From: Octopus sinensis
Taxonomy: Eukaryota
Length of the DNA: 64,000 bases
NCBI RefSeq assembly: GCF_006345805.1
Contig: NC_043003.1
Coordinates: 94,426,001-94,490,000 of the forward strand
Reading direction: 5' to 3'
Of the stretch, positions 38,752-52,990 are shown piece after piece; the first letter of the stretch is position 1; every line of letters starts with the position of its first letter. The notes beneath the pieces were generated by a model. That model saw only the letters and a list, made by a program, of their open reading frames with translations. It searched no databases and was not told the DNA's origin. The translations under genes and the position numbers were made by a program.

Positions 38752-40015
38752 TATCAGGTGATTAAGAATGAAATGCAAGATTTAAACTGAAAGTTTATTT
38801 TACTTTATTTCAACAAAAATCAGTGCAGTTAATTAAAGTATGCACCTAAATTATTAACACAAATATGCCATTTTATCGGTAGCTTCTTTATGCCGCCAGC
38901 GAAGAATTCTGGAGACCAAGAAGTGACGAAATCAGGAAAGGCTGTTTTTGCACCTTCAGATTTCAAGTTTTTCCTTACAATATGTTGTCTAATCCCTGGA
39001 AAACGTGATAATCAGTTGGTGAAAAATCTGGTGAATATGGTGGATGCCAGAGTACTTCCAAGTTCCGTTCCTGTAACTTGAGTAGCGTTCTTTATGCAAC
39101 ATGTGATCGAGCATTGTCTTGCAAGAGAATTGGCCTGTCGCTATTGACCAATCTCGGTTATTTAATTGCAAGTTCACTCATCATTTCATCTATTTGGTTA
39201 ATGTTTGCATCCTCTGTAATTAACTTACCAGGTCTCATGAAGCTATAGTGGATGACACCAGATCTGGACCACCATACAGACACCATTAGCTTTTTTTGTG
39301 AATATTCTTTCTTGAGCTGTGTTTTGACATTCCGTCTCTACCCAACCACTGTGCACAATGCTTGCTATTGTTGAAAAGAATCCATTTCTCATCACACATA
39401 ACAATACTATGCAAAAGTGGTTTGCTTTTATGCTGTGACAGCAAAGAACAGCAACTTTCAAGACGATGAGTCATTTGATGCTCGTTCAGTTCGTGTGGTA
39501 CTCACTTGTCCAACTTCTTTACCTTGCTGATTTGTTTGAGACGGTCCAGTACAGTTGGAATCGAAACATCAAACCTTGCTGCCAACTCACGCGTAGTTTG
39601 AGATGTATCTGCTTCCACTAGTTTCCAGCTCATCATTATCCACCTTGGTCTCAGGTCTGCCACGGGGGTGATTTTCAAGAGCAAAGTCACCAGAGCGGAA
39701 CTTCTCAAACCATCGACGTACAGTGCGCTCATGCCCCACATCTTCACCAAACACCTATCTGGGATGCATTGGTTCCACGACGGAACCCATATTCATAAAC
39801 AACACGAATTTTTTATCTATCCATCAATTCACAAAAATTGATTTACAAGAGAAAACTCGTAATATAATCAGACACCATGCATTTCATTTCGAAATGTGGT
39901 GAAGTAACTCGTCAATGTTGTAAAACAAAGAATTGTTAGAATAAAACATTAGAGTTAATGACTGTCAAACTTGGTGCATATGAAAATCGGATATTTCATT
40001 CTTAATGAGCTGATA
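38752..40015 (-). mobile_element. Full-length decayed mariner transposon (~1.26 kb)
   Basis: TIRs TATCAGGTGATTAAGAATGAAATG and (reverse complement) TATCAGCTCATTAAGAATGAAAT. Transposase motifs SQTTRELAARFDVS, IVMCDEKWILFNN, PDFSPTDYHVF are broken by stops and frameshifts. Confidence 0.95.
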
Positions 40016-40655
40016 GCATCCATACGACGTTTACTTCCCTTAATCCGCACTAACACGACGCCAACACGAAGATTATAACATCACACCAATGTGAAATTAA
40101 ATGGTTACAATAAGAACTACAATTGTTTATCGTTCATCTTTATCGTGGACAAATATTCATAATCAGGACCTCATGCAAACTGCCGTTAAACGGAAAACCT
40201 AGTCTGTTGAAAGCTAGTATTGAATGTGGTTTTGATTGACTTTGACCAAATATAATATTGACAATTTGCTTCTCATATTGAGTATTTGTTCTGTTTATTA
40301 CTAACATTTTAAGTGTACACGTACATACTATCTCACGCACACAGACACACTCACACAAGCACACTAACATACATGTTTGTATGCATGTGTGTGCGTGTGT
40401 ATGTGTGTGTGTATGCGTACGTGTGTGTGTGCGTGTGTGTGCGTGAAGGGAGTAAGTGAGATAAGATGTTTGGGAGGTGTATGCGCTTGTCTTACTCTCC
40501 CAGAAAGGATTATCTACTGCTGCTGGTAGGCAGCAAGCCTTCGAAGTTTCCTATGCGGAGTGTTGTTTGTATATGTATATATATGTGAGTGTGTGTTTGT
40601 ACATTTGTGCTTATGTATATGGTGGTGTGTATGTATGTATGTGCATTTATATGTA

Positions 40656-40704
<49 letters not shown>

Positions 40705-40866
40705 TAATTTTAATTTTAAATTTAATTAATTTAAATATTTATATTTTATATTTTATATATTTTGTATATTATATTAATTATTTTTATTTTTATGTTTTGG
40801 TATATGTTTTTCATTGTTTGATTTGCCTAATAGTGGCTTTATCTCTAATTTAATATATATATATAT

Positions 40867-40953
<87 letters not shown>

Positions 40954-41599
40954 TATACATATATACGAGTGTGTGTGTACATTTATACATGTATGTTTGT
41001 ATTGATATATGTATAGATATAGTTATAATACAAATAGTAGATAACAGGATAATGCCGTTACTAACGGAGATTAGGAAAGGCAATAAAAGAAGAAAAAATA
41101 AAATAAAGACGATGAAAGTTAGTTCAGTACAAGAAAAGTATAAGGAGCTTTAAAAGAGAGGTTTAAAGACTACAGTAAACACTTTGATAAACATAAGAGA
41201 ACATATTGGCCGCTTCAGCTCCGAAATCAATGAGATACACCAACACTCTGTGTGTGCATGTGTGTCTGTGTGTGTCTGTGTGTGTGTGTCTGTGTGTGTG
41301 TATGTGTATATTTGTGTATTAAGGCTGTCATTGGTTTCATCTTTAAAAATATAAAATCAAACAATTTTTCGAACCGATCCAATGAAGAAATGGTGTTCAT
41401 CTCCATTTTGGATAAAAAAAAATTATTCAAACTGAAGACGAACACCATTTCTGCAGGTGATCCGGTGGAAAAATTGTTAAGACAGTAAGAAATTTTCTTA
41501 GCATGAAACCTCATTACACGAATATAGAAATTTTATCCATCAGTGCGGGTCGTGTTGAGCACTTATTCTCATTGCCCGACATTTACGTATATATATAAG

Positions 41600-42003
41600 G
41601 GAACAAGGTGTACGTTACGCCGCAATAATTTATGTATAAAAATATATATAAAAATACAAAATGGGACAAGAACGCAAAACATTGATTAATCTTAAAGATT
41701 ACTCAGTCGAAATTGCGAGGATGATCCGGTTCTTAACTAACGATTAGAGGCTTCGAATGACCCGTCCGTTTTCGTGTCGTCTATTTGAATGTTTTGCATT
41801 CTTGTCCCATCTTGTATTTTTATATTTATTATATATATATATATTACGGAGATGTACTCGCATAGCAGCACGGATTTTTGTCGGTGAACAGGTCGCGGAT
41901 TTTAGCGACGAAAATATTTTGACAAATTAAACTTAAATGTTGAAGTGAATCGAACGGCTTTTGTGTGTTTCTTAAATGGCTTATAAACACCTTCCACGCT
42001 GCA

Positions 42004-42010
<7 letters not shown>
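41600..42010. mobile_element. Penelope-type terminal-repeat fragments flanked by (TA)n
   Basis: The reverse complement of 41690-41770 shares GGACGGGTCATTCG with 50576-50590. The inter-microsatellite context matches the other PLE-type tails. Confidence 0.45.
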
Positions 42011-42080
<70 letters not shown>

Positions 42081-42083
42081 TAT

Positions 42084-42115
<32 letters not shown>

Positions 42116-42145
42116 CATATATATACATATATATATATATATATC

Positions 42146-42245
<100 letters not shown>

Positions 42246-42282
42246 CATATATATACATATATATACATATATATATATACAA

Positions 42283-42319
<37 letters not shown>

Positions 42320-42325
42320 AATACA

Positions 42326-42384
<59 letters not shown>

Positions 42385-42968
42385 AGGAATATGATTCCAA
42401 ACTTACAGGTAAAATTTCAATTTAGTAATACTAAATCAAATTTCACAATATATAATACAATTATATAAATTATCCTCAGATCATCGGTGGAGTACGTCAT
42501 ATTTATTTCTGAAAATTTGGCGCGCTAGAACGAGGGCATTTGAATGTAACTGTGAATATAATAGGCCGAACTGTTCGTGTCTTTGACCTCGTGTTAATAT
42601 ATAGCGTGCAGTTCGACAAATTATGTTTTATGACGTACTCCACCGATGATCTGAGGATAATTATGTAAGTAAAATTGCATAATTTATTAACAGTGAAACA
42701 ATTGTATGGGGTTAATCTATATTTTAGTTATTTTTCATTTGTCCTGCTCGCTTACGTTCTTAGTGTGCTAAATTTTTCTCGAGAACAATTCTTAGTGGTT
42801 CAGTCCCTTTTCGGATCTATATCTAGCGTAAGAGCGTCCACATAGTGGATTGTCTCTCATATTTGTGTATTAATAATATTTACTGAATCTCAGTCTTTTA
42901 TGCGCTAGACCACTGGTATTTAAATTGATGTTATTAAATTAATATGCATTTTTTTACCCTCGTTTTGA

Positions 42969-43025
<57 letters not shown>

Positions 43026-43046
43026 ATACAAAGACAGACAGATACG

Positions 43047-43247
<201 letters not shown>

Positions 43248-44359
43248 GTAAGTTTGTATGCACAAATATATGTGCGTGCGAGTTTCTATTTGTGTTTGTC
43301 TCCTACTACATGGCAACCAATATTATTTCGTGTAACTTTGCAAAATGTAGCCGTTAATATAACTAACACATAAATACATATGTCAATTTGGTTAATCTAA
43401 CCCTTCAAAGTTGTATGTTAACATGGCTGCTGTCCACTGGTTGAAACCAGCAAAAGATTAAACATGTGTGTCCGTGTGCGTATGTATGCGTCTTTGTGTG
43501 CGTGCACCTGTGTGTTTGATTGAGGGAGAAAAGAGAGAGTAAGTGTGTTTATTCATGCGTTTGTATGTGCCTGTATGTGTGTGCATGTTCGAGTGTAATT
43601 TCTTATCCTATGACGATTTCAAATTCACTATGTTTGAACATAGCTAAATTGTCGATAATGTTTTGAGAAAGTCGATAAGTTGTATTAAATACGAGTTATA
43701 TGGGAAGGTCATCGGGGTTGTTTATGTTCGTTTTCTTCCATTACAAAAACTTTAGTACACCTTTTTTTTTTCTTACATTTACATCAAGAATATGATTTTG
43801 TTTTCTTTTTCTACCACAAATATTACTACTGTTGTTGTTCCAATGTTTTTTCTTTTAAGTGTTAAGCTTTTATTAACGTTATAGAGTTTACGTTTATCAA
43901 ATTTCACGGAGGTGGTAACTCTCAACACTTGAAATAGATTTAACGCAAAATAATGCGACTTCGTGGTGCTACTGTTGATGTCTAGTTGCTGTGTCACTCT
44001 AGAGCTTAACCGATCGTTTCAATGTCGGAATTCGTTTGTGGATAAATAGATAGGATCGAAGCACAAAATGAAATTGATTCGTATCTATCATTCGTATCTA
44101 TCATCCACTGAACGTTTGAACTACAGTAAAAAGAAACAAACAAAAACTATTAAGTAAGACTCTCAAACTTTAGTATGCGAGACAACCAAATGGTAGAGGT
44201 AAGCTGTAAGCAATCTCACTCTACGATACTGTAGCAACTCAAAGAGGGTCTCTATTTTTGGTGATAATGAATGAATTTAAGAAAGACAAGAAATCTTTTG
44301 ACGTGCCTTATATCCTTATAATATATTAACTTCATACACCAGAAATGTTACGTCTTTGA

Positions 44360-44680
44360 AGGTGTAGTATGGCTCAACAGTTAAGAATGTTCGCTTTGCA
44401 ACCTCCCGTTCGACCTCTCTGCGTTGTATATTCGGCAAATGTCATTTTCTCGATTTGAACTATCTCTTGTGGATGGAACTGCATAGAAGGCTTTCTATTG
44501 GATTGTACCTGTAATTCAAAAGATACAGCCTTATCATACAGTATGTCACGCTGATTCTGTTTGAGAGTTACGTTAAAGATGCACATGGTTTGTGCAATGC
44601 TGAGATGTTCAACCACTTACACATTAATTCAAGAGTAGGTAATTCAGTAGATCGAACAGCTGACTTATAGGTGATCACTG
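44360..44680 (+). mobile_element. Old tRNA-derived SINE
   Basis: Degenerate tRNA-like head (tggctcaacagttaag...gttcgacc) followed by a central block gagagttacgttaa...ccacttacacattaattcaagag. Confidence 0.5.
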
Positions 44681-46929
44681 GAAAACTGACATATTTCTTG
44701 TACTGCACATAATATATTCATTTTTCTTTTCTTTTACGAAGATAGCTAAATGTGATGGTTGTGAATCAATGACATAAGCTACACAAGTGAAATGAAGTGG
44801 CAGTCAATTCATTAACGTAGTTCACCTGACATTTACTTACCTTAAACATTTTCATCATCACAAAACCAAATTATAGATTTAAACAACAGTAAGGAATAAT
44901 ATTAAATTTTGTTTGTTTTTTTCTAATTATTTTTTTTAATTAATCATTTATTTGTATCTATATAAATTGGTCATAAGTAAACCAATCAATAACTATATAA
45001 CGAATTAATATCTGAAAATAGAATACGTTAAGCCAAAAGGAAACGTTAACAAAGAAACTCAATATAGAAACAGATGTGAAGATTTCGACGTGATACTTTA
45101 TTGAACTGCATATTACCTTACACTTTATTGATTTCTAGGCTACAAACTAGTACGCTCACAAACAGAGCAAAGATTATAAATTTTTATGTTCCTACCAAAT
45201 CTATTTTCGTTTCCTACTTCTTTTCTCGATTAACATTTTCACTGGCGAAACCTACACAGAAATCAGGAAATTATTTTTGCACTGATTTTATTATTTGAGG
45301 ACGTGTGTGATGAAGCATTTGCTAGCCTATATACACCCAGCTGAGTTGCTATGAAATAGATCGCTTATTGAAAGCAAAGTTTGACTCAAGTGTTCAGTGG
45401 AACGTTACCTCTCACATTCTGGAGAGATGTATCCGGAACATAATGACAGAGGTGAATGCTCCTAAGCTGGATGGACACACAAATATACAAAACATTTCAG
45501 TAACGTCAGCAGAAAAATTTCATATAATAATAAAACTGCCTTGAGATACAATCATCATTGTCATATAAATTCAGTGGAATAGACTGTCAGTGAGCATGGA
45601 GTTCGTATACAACGAAGCAGCAAAAAGGTATATAAAAGAATTATATAATACTATTTCAAAATAAAAGAATATGAACAAAACGGTAATATGCGTCTTCGCT
45701 TCAAACAGCTATCCCTAAAATTATTTTAGTTTCCCATACTGTCAAATCGTGTCCTTGCCGTATATAATGAATTTCTGTGGAAAATGGAAAAGCAATTGAA
45801 ACAATATTCTCATTTGTATGTGTTAAAAACTGCATTACTTGCCCGACATATTTGAAACTGCAAACTGTTATACTATTTATATTAATATTTAGTTTGGAAA
45901 AAGTTATTCCAACCACAGAATTATATGTATAGAGGACTTAATTCAGCACTATATCAAATATTTTCAAGCTATATATTTCCTTGTGGATTTCATATTGTAT
46001 ATACTCTCAATCAAGAAAAAGTACTAAACCAGATCTTGAACAGTGATCAATTCGTATTATGTAGAGAACGATAAAATGATTGAAGTGGGGAACTGTATGT
46101 TTATGTACAAATGTATATAAATATTTGTAACTTCAGAAGATGTGTCTGTGTATCAGTGTGAAAGATACAGTAAAAGATTGATAGTGTGAACAAGATTATG
46201 CATTTGTATATATGTGTGTGGTGTGTAAGTCTTTGCTTTCAATATCTGATGTTAATATGTCTATTTTTGGGTGGTAGACTTAACCATCGCCTGGTTAAAA
46301 ACCATAAACTGTTACTTAAGTAACTTTATAACGCCACTGTGATGCTAATATTTTGTTCGGATTTCAAGTTGAAAATAACTTTCTCCCACCAGTCTCAGAA
46401 TGTCTATGGTGGCTCATGGATGCTGTCCTTTCTTTTCTGATTAAGGTATAAACATGAAGTAATATACAAAATAGATATAAAGGAACGCGTTTTAAGTTTG
46501 CCGTGTTTTAAGCAGTAAATTGGGAAATATACAAGTATGCCTGAATTTTAAAATGTTGTACTCCACATGAAAGCAACACTTAGTGCTACGTTCCAATTAC
46601 TGAGTCGGATAAAGTTCTCCCATACTTATAGTAAACGCATTTCATGTAAAGGTATATGATACTCGGAACTATTCAGAAGTATTTCAATCGAAGAAGTGTT
46701 TATTTTAAACTATTTACCCGGAGTTGTTGGCATTAGAGTAGATGGGGAGAATGGCTACGAGGAAAACCTTATTAGTTTGATAGATTTATCTGAAAACCAA
46801 ATTAGCCTAACGAAGTGCCGTAAGGTAATTCTTGGCATCTCTATACGTATGTTACAGAAAAATAAGAGCGGGACTCCGGGAAAGAGGTAATACAAATTCT
46901 TTTATATATATATATATATATGTATAATG

Positions 46930-46991
<62 letters not shown>

Positions 46992-48769
46992 GTCACTATA
47001 GCATCAAATGCTTTGCGATATTTGTTCCGAGTACCTGCTCTCTGGGTTCAAATCCTGCAGATATCGGCTTTGCCTTTCATCATTTCTGCGTTGTTTAAAG
47101 TGCACCAGTCTAAGGCTGTGGTTATAGGAAATTCTAGTGAACATTCTTACCAGCAAACTTTTGATGAATGTTCATCTTTTTAGAGACCATTCAAAACAAA
47201 AATCTGGGGAAGATTAGAACTACATCAGGAATATTCTATCAAAACTTTGTATGAGAGCGTATGGTGGGGAGACAAACTGTTATTTTTGACATTTTAATGA
47301 TTTTTGTTCCGTTGGAGATCAAAACACGAAGAATATTTAATGCATTTTATTTCGGAAACATCCCAGATAAATTAACCGTTATGGTTCATTAGACTTTACG
47401 AAATCAAAAAGAAAAAAAACGGAAATAATATGTTTCTTCGTGTCTGAGGGACATGCAAGTAGACAAAGATTAGACTGAATCCCATAGAACTTAATTACCA
47501 GAAAAAATAACTAAAGAAGCAGGTAGAATTTGTTTTTACTTGTAGATACGACACATAACATTCTCGGAGGTTGGAAACATGCGCACATATAAGATTCAAC
47601 ATCCTCAAAGGCGGCGAATTGGAAGAGTCACTAGAGCGTCAGATGCTTTGTGGTATTTGTTCCGAGTACCTGCTCTCTGGGTTCAAATCCTGCAGATATT
47701 GGCTTTGCCTTTCATCATTTGTGTGTTGTTTAAAATGTACCAGTCTAAGGCGGTGATTATGAGAAACTCTAGTGAACATCGGACTGTATGTCTTAAGGTA
47801 TTTATTTCGGATTGTTGCGTTCTAAGTCTGAATCCTGTCATTTATTACTTTTGTAGTAGACACCCTGTCGTCCGGTTTAATACCAGAATCTGGCACCACG
47901 AGTGACTTTTGCAAAATCCACATTGTTGCGACCATTCGGGCCAGGTTTCTTATTTGAAGATACCTTCATCTCTCCCTCCAATTAGTTTCGAAGGCTTTAT
48001 AACAGATCGTGAGCAGAGCCTTCTCTTCTGCCTAAAATACAAAGGAAAAACGCGTTAAGTTTGGTGATGAGTCACTGTACACTTCTGAACTGATACCAGT
48101 CACCAGAATACTTTATATGCCAAGCAAGTATGATCTTTGTTATTCTTCCAACCAAAAACAATTGTTTGTTTAACCTTGAAATAGATTGCTAACTGTGAAA
48201 GAGGAAAAGATATCGTTCTGGAAATGTCATTAGATAAAATCCAAAACACATTCTAGCCAGAAAATTCTGCCACTTTCTAGAAAAACTATGTATTTTAAAT
48301 TATTTTGCTTTTGTTGATAGTAACTCACTTCAAACTCGTTTAACTGGAAAAGTGCACTTTACGTATGATATTGTTTTATCTCTCTTCGGTTGTATAATAT
48401 TTCTTCTTTTTTTTTCACATCTGTTTAATTAAAAGGACATTACACGGCACAGCGCTTCACTCATTTGAAGTAACTCACCGAAATAAACACACGTTTAATC
48501 TCATCAACTCCTCTGTTACCGTTTCTTGCCAAAGATATTTCTTTCAATTTTATCTCTAAACGTTACACTGGAAGTTTCCCTGAATCAAATACAGAGATTT
48601 AAACAATTTTATTGCAGTTTAATATGCTGTGATGGAAGATGAAAATGAATAATTATGTGTCCATTTTCACTGCAAACTGTCATGTTATAAAATTCTGAAG
48701 GTTTTAGGTTAAGAAAAGATAACATGTTAACCAAGATTAGCGATGATTTTTAACCTTTCTATCACTATC

Positions 48770-48896
48770 ATCTTTTCTTTCTCTATCTCCCTCTCTATCT
48801 CTCCCTCCCTCTTCCTCTCTCTCCCTTTCCATCTCTCTCTCTCTCTCTCTCGCTCTCTCTCTCTCTCTCGCTTTCTCTCTCTCTCGCTCTCTCTCT

Positions 48897-48968
<72 letters not shown>

Positions 48969-48980
48969 CGCTCTCTCTCA
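48770..48980. repeat. (CT)n/(GA)n microsatellite
   Basis: Direct observation. Confidence 0.95.
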
Positions 48981-49227
48981 TTTACTTCTACTTAACTTTT
49001 TTTTCTGCAAACTGCTCAAATGCTTCTGAAGAAAATTCATTTTGGTTATAAATTTTCGTTTAGTGACGATAATATTTGCCAGAGATTGAACAAAATTTGT
49101 CAGAATGTGAATTTAATATCATTGGTTGCGTAAATGAAGCCTTCGTAGTACCTCTTAGTGAAAGAAAGCACATCGGAAAACATTGCTTCCATTGGAACCT
49201 TGTTATTTTGACATAGAAAAACGGTGA

Positions 49228-49790
49228 ACTGAGAGAATCGTTAGCACTCCGGGCAAAATGCTTACCGGTATTTCGTCTGCCGTTACGTTCTGAGTTCAAA
49301 TCCCGCCGAGGTCGACTTTGCCTTTCATTCTTTCGGGGTCGATAACTTAAGTACCAGTTACGCACTAGGGTCGACCTAATCGACTTAATACGTTTGTCTG
49401 TCCTTGTTTGTTCTCTCTGTGTTTAGCCCCTTGTGGGTAGTAAAGAAATAGGTAGTTCGTCTGCCGCTACGTTCTGAGTTCAAATTCCGCCGAGTTCGAC
49501 TTTGCTTTTCAACCTTTCGGGGTCGATAAATTAAGTACCAGTTATGCATTAGGGTCGATGCAATCGACTTAATACGTTTGTCTGTCCGTGTTTGTCCTCT
49601 CTGTGTTTAGCCCCTTTTGTGTAGTAAAGAAATAGGTATTTCGTCTGCCGCTACGTTCTGAGTTCAAATTCCGCCAACGTCGAATTTGCCTTTCATTCTT
49701 TCAGAGTCGATAAATTAACTCCCAGTTGCGCACTGGGGTCGATCTAATCGACTGGCCGCTCCTCCAAAAATTTCGGGCCTTGTGTTTAGA
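49228..49790 (+). mobile_element. Head-to-tail trimer of SINE family B (184-bp period)
   Basis: GGTA.TTCGTCTGCCG recurs at 49267, 49451 and 49635. Confidence 0.9.
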
Positions 49791-50035
49791 GAAGAAAAGA
49801 TTATTTTGACAAAGTAAATATGAGTTGATCCTCCAGGATTAACCCTAGAATCTGAAAATTGCTATGTTCATAGTGAATTGTTTCATTACAAATCACTCGT
49901 GAAAAGTTGTGAAAAGTTGTTAGGAAATCAGAGAATTTTTTCCGAGGTATGCAAATTCAGGTTTCTGAAAGAGGGTAATGCATGCATATATAGTTATATC
50001 TGTGCGCATGCGCGTGAGTATTGTGTGTGTGTGTG

Positions 50036-50097
<62 letters not shown>

Positions 50098-50466
50098 TGT
50101 GTGTGTGTGTGAGTGTGCGTGTGTGGAGAACAACAACGTTGGCGTGGAGAGTGGAGGCCGGTATGCATGGACGACTGCTGTCTTCCACAAAACAACCTTG
50201 CCCGGACTTGTGCCTCTGCGGGAAACTTCTAGGTGCAATCCCATGGTCATTCGTGACCGAAAAGGGTCTTTACTCCTTATCCTATATATATATATATATA
50301 TATATGACTATGGTCTTAGAAACACCTACATTGCTAGAAATAAGAGCTAAAGTGCTCTAATGCAATAGTCAAGTCACATAATTGTATACACATATATTGA
50401 TAGGGACTATCATATTTGGTGACAATTACAGTTTGTTTCCCTTTGTGGAAAAATATTGCACACTGC

Positions 50467-50519
<53 letters not shown>

Positions 50520-50522
<3 letters not shown>

Positions 50523-51200
50523 CAAATGGGACAAGAACTCAAAACATCCAGACAGACGATACAAAGAAAACAAGGACGGGTCATTCGGAGTTTTTATCCT
50601 CAGTCGAGTTCCAGATTATCTTTGCAATTTCAGTTGGTTATACTCGAGATTGCTCCAGTCTGGCCAGCTCCAAGGAAAAACTAAGCTAAGAGCACGAAAT
50701 TCCTTGGAAGAAAGCAGCGAATGTATACGAAAACAAGGACGGAAAAAAAACGGAGAATTTTTACACAAATACAAATGCAAATAACAGGACATAACAACAG
50801 GTGTCCTTCGACTAAGAACAAATTGAATTAAGCTGGCGTATGTGGAAATAAAGCCTTACGGTTGGGGCATAAGATTTGACAGGTACGGGGAGGAATATAG
50901 ACGTTGCACGGATGGTAGTCGAACCAAGAAAGAAAGGTCAGGCTTGGCCGAACACCGATCACGTGGGGAGAGAAAAGAGAGAGGTAGAGGCAGAGGGATA
51001 GATGAATTAAGGAGGGTCGAGAGAAAATGAGAGGGACACTGTAAAGTGAAAGAGGAGGGAAAAGTGAGCATGAAGAGAAGGTCAGGAAATATGAGAGAGA
51101 GGAAACGAAAGAATGACGAGTGGAATGAACGGACTAAGCGTGGAAGGGCTGATAGAAAAAAGGAAAAGTGAAAGAATAGAAGGAATAATAGAGTCGTACA
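50520..51200 (-). mobile_element. Penelope-type 3' tail or terminal repeat
   Basis: Purine-rich tail plus the GGACGGGTCATTCG family motif, bounded by (TA)n tracts. Confidence 0.45.
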
Positions 51201-51202
51201 AA

Positions 51203-51243
<41 letters not shown>

Positions 51244-51330
51244 GGAGTAAACACATAAATGTGAAACATGGTGGAAAAAAGAGTACTCAAATACCAGTGG
51301 TAGAGTAATATGCTTTATTTATTTCTAGCA

Positions 51331-51377
51331 AAAACTGTCCGATGAACGGCAACGCGAAACTCAGAGTAACAGGTTTT
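51331..51377 (+). ncRNA. Minimal hammerhead-like motif (variant core CCGATGA)
   Basis: Stem I CTGT/ACAG, core CCGATGA, stem II CG-GCAA-CG, GAAAC, stem III ACTC-A-GAGT, GUA triplet. Confidence 0.55.
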
Positions 51378-51405
51378 GTTGAATTTTCTGCTGCTTTAAA
51401 TAAAG

Positions 51406-51486
<81 letters not shown>

Positions 51487-52617
51487 TATATATATTATAT
51501 ATATATATGGACGGACAGATGGATGAATGGATGATGGTGCAGACCTTTTGAAAAGGTATTTGTAGCTTTAATGCAGTAAAATTCAGCAAACCAATATAAC
51601 ACCATCGTGGCTATTTTCATTATATTCCTAAGAAATAGAATAAACATTCCAAGACATCCCTTTTCCTCTCTTATAAAACACGGGAGAGATTTATGCCAAG
51701 TATGAATTATATATTTTGTAGTGGGTCACTGAGTTTTGATTTTGAGTTTTAGATCTTTCACTTTACATAAGTTGCATATGTTCTTGAAAATAGCTAAATA
51801 TTACATGACATTTGCCCTACTCGTAAATCTTATATGCTATCCAAGAAACCAATAAATTCTATAGAAATATTGCTTCAATTTTTCTTCGTATTGTTGATAA
51901 AATATTACAAATTTCTCCCAATCTGCATCCTTTGATGTTTCCATATCACTGATAACTTCGCTGTTATGTATTGTAGAATTTATATTATTCAGTATGGTTC
52001 ACTGTATCATTCCACGCTCCTTGTTGAATGTTATCTCCGACCGACTTTAGAATGGAGCCAAGATACATCGTTTGCTCGTTTTTCTAAAGGTTTGATACCA
52101 ATTGTGTAAAATAAAATGGGTCCCTTGAGATTAAAATTCTAACGCTTGCAAAGTAAACGTTTTCATAAGTACCTCACGGTGACTTACATGAGATTGCATT
52201 TTAATTTACATATATATATGAAAATATAAACGTTTACTTTTGTTTTCTGTGTGAATATTTTACAAGATAAAACAATCAGACAGCGCCGGAAGTTATAATT
52301 AAGCCGTCATCTCCAACATGCGAATGATATGACAAGAGAGGAAATTATTGATCTTGTTCACAGTCCAGTTCTTCTCTTCTCTAGAGTATTCAATCCATTT
52401 GAATTGTTTCTAAAGAAACGATCGCATTAGAAAACCAATGACACATCAGGAGAATATATTTATATTCATGACTTACGGGGATTGTTAATATTTTGCAGTG
52501 TGTTACTGTATATATAATATATATATTACTGTATATCTTTCCAACAGTGCAAGTAACTATACAGTATTATATATATTCATAAGTACATACACACACGCGT
52601 ACATATATATATGTATG

Positions 52618-52750
<133 letters not shown>

Positions 52751-52852
52751 TATGCATGCATGTGTGTCTATGTGTGTATATATGTATGTGTGTATATGTA
52801 ATTATATATTTGTAGGTATATATGCGCGAGCACACTCACACACACACAAACA

Positions 52853-52975
<123 letters not shown>

Positions 52976-52990
52976 ATTATATATATAATA

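Noticed and set aside
49228-49790. Regularly spaced repeats resembling a CRISPR array
   Set aside because: The units are whole 184-bp SINE segments without unique spacers, the context is eukaryotic, and there are no cas genes.
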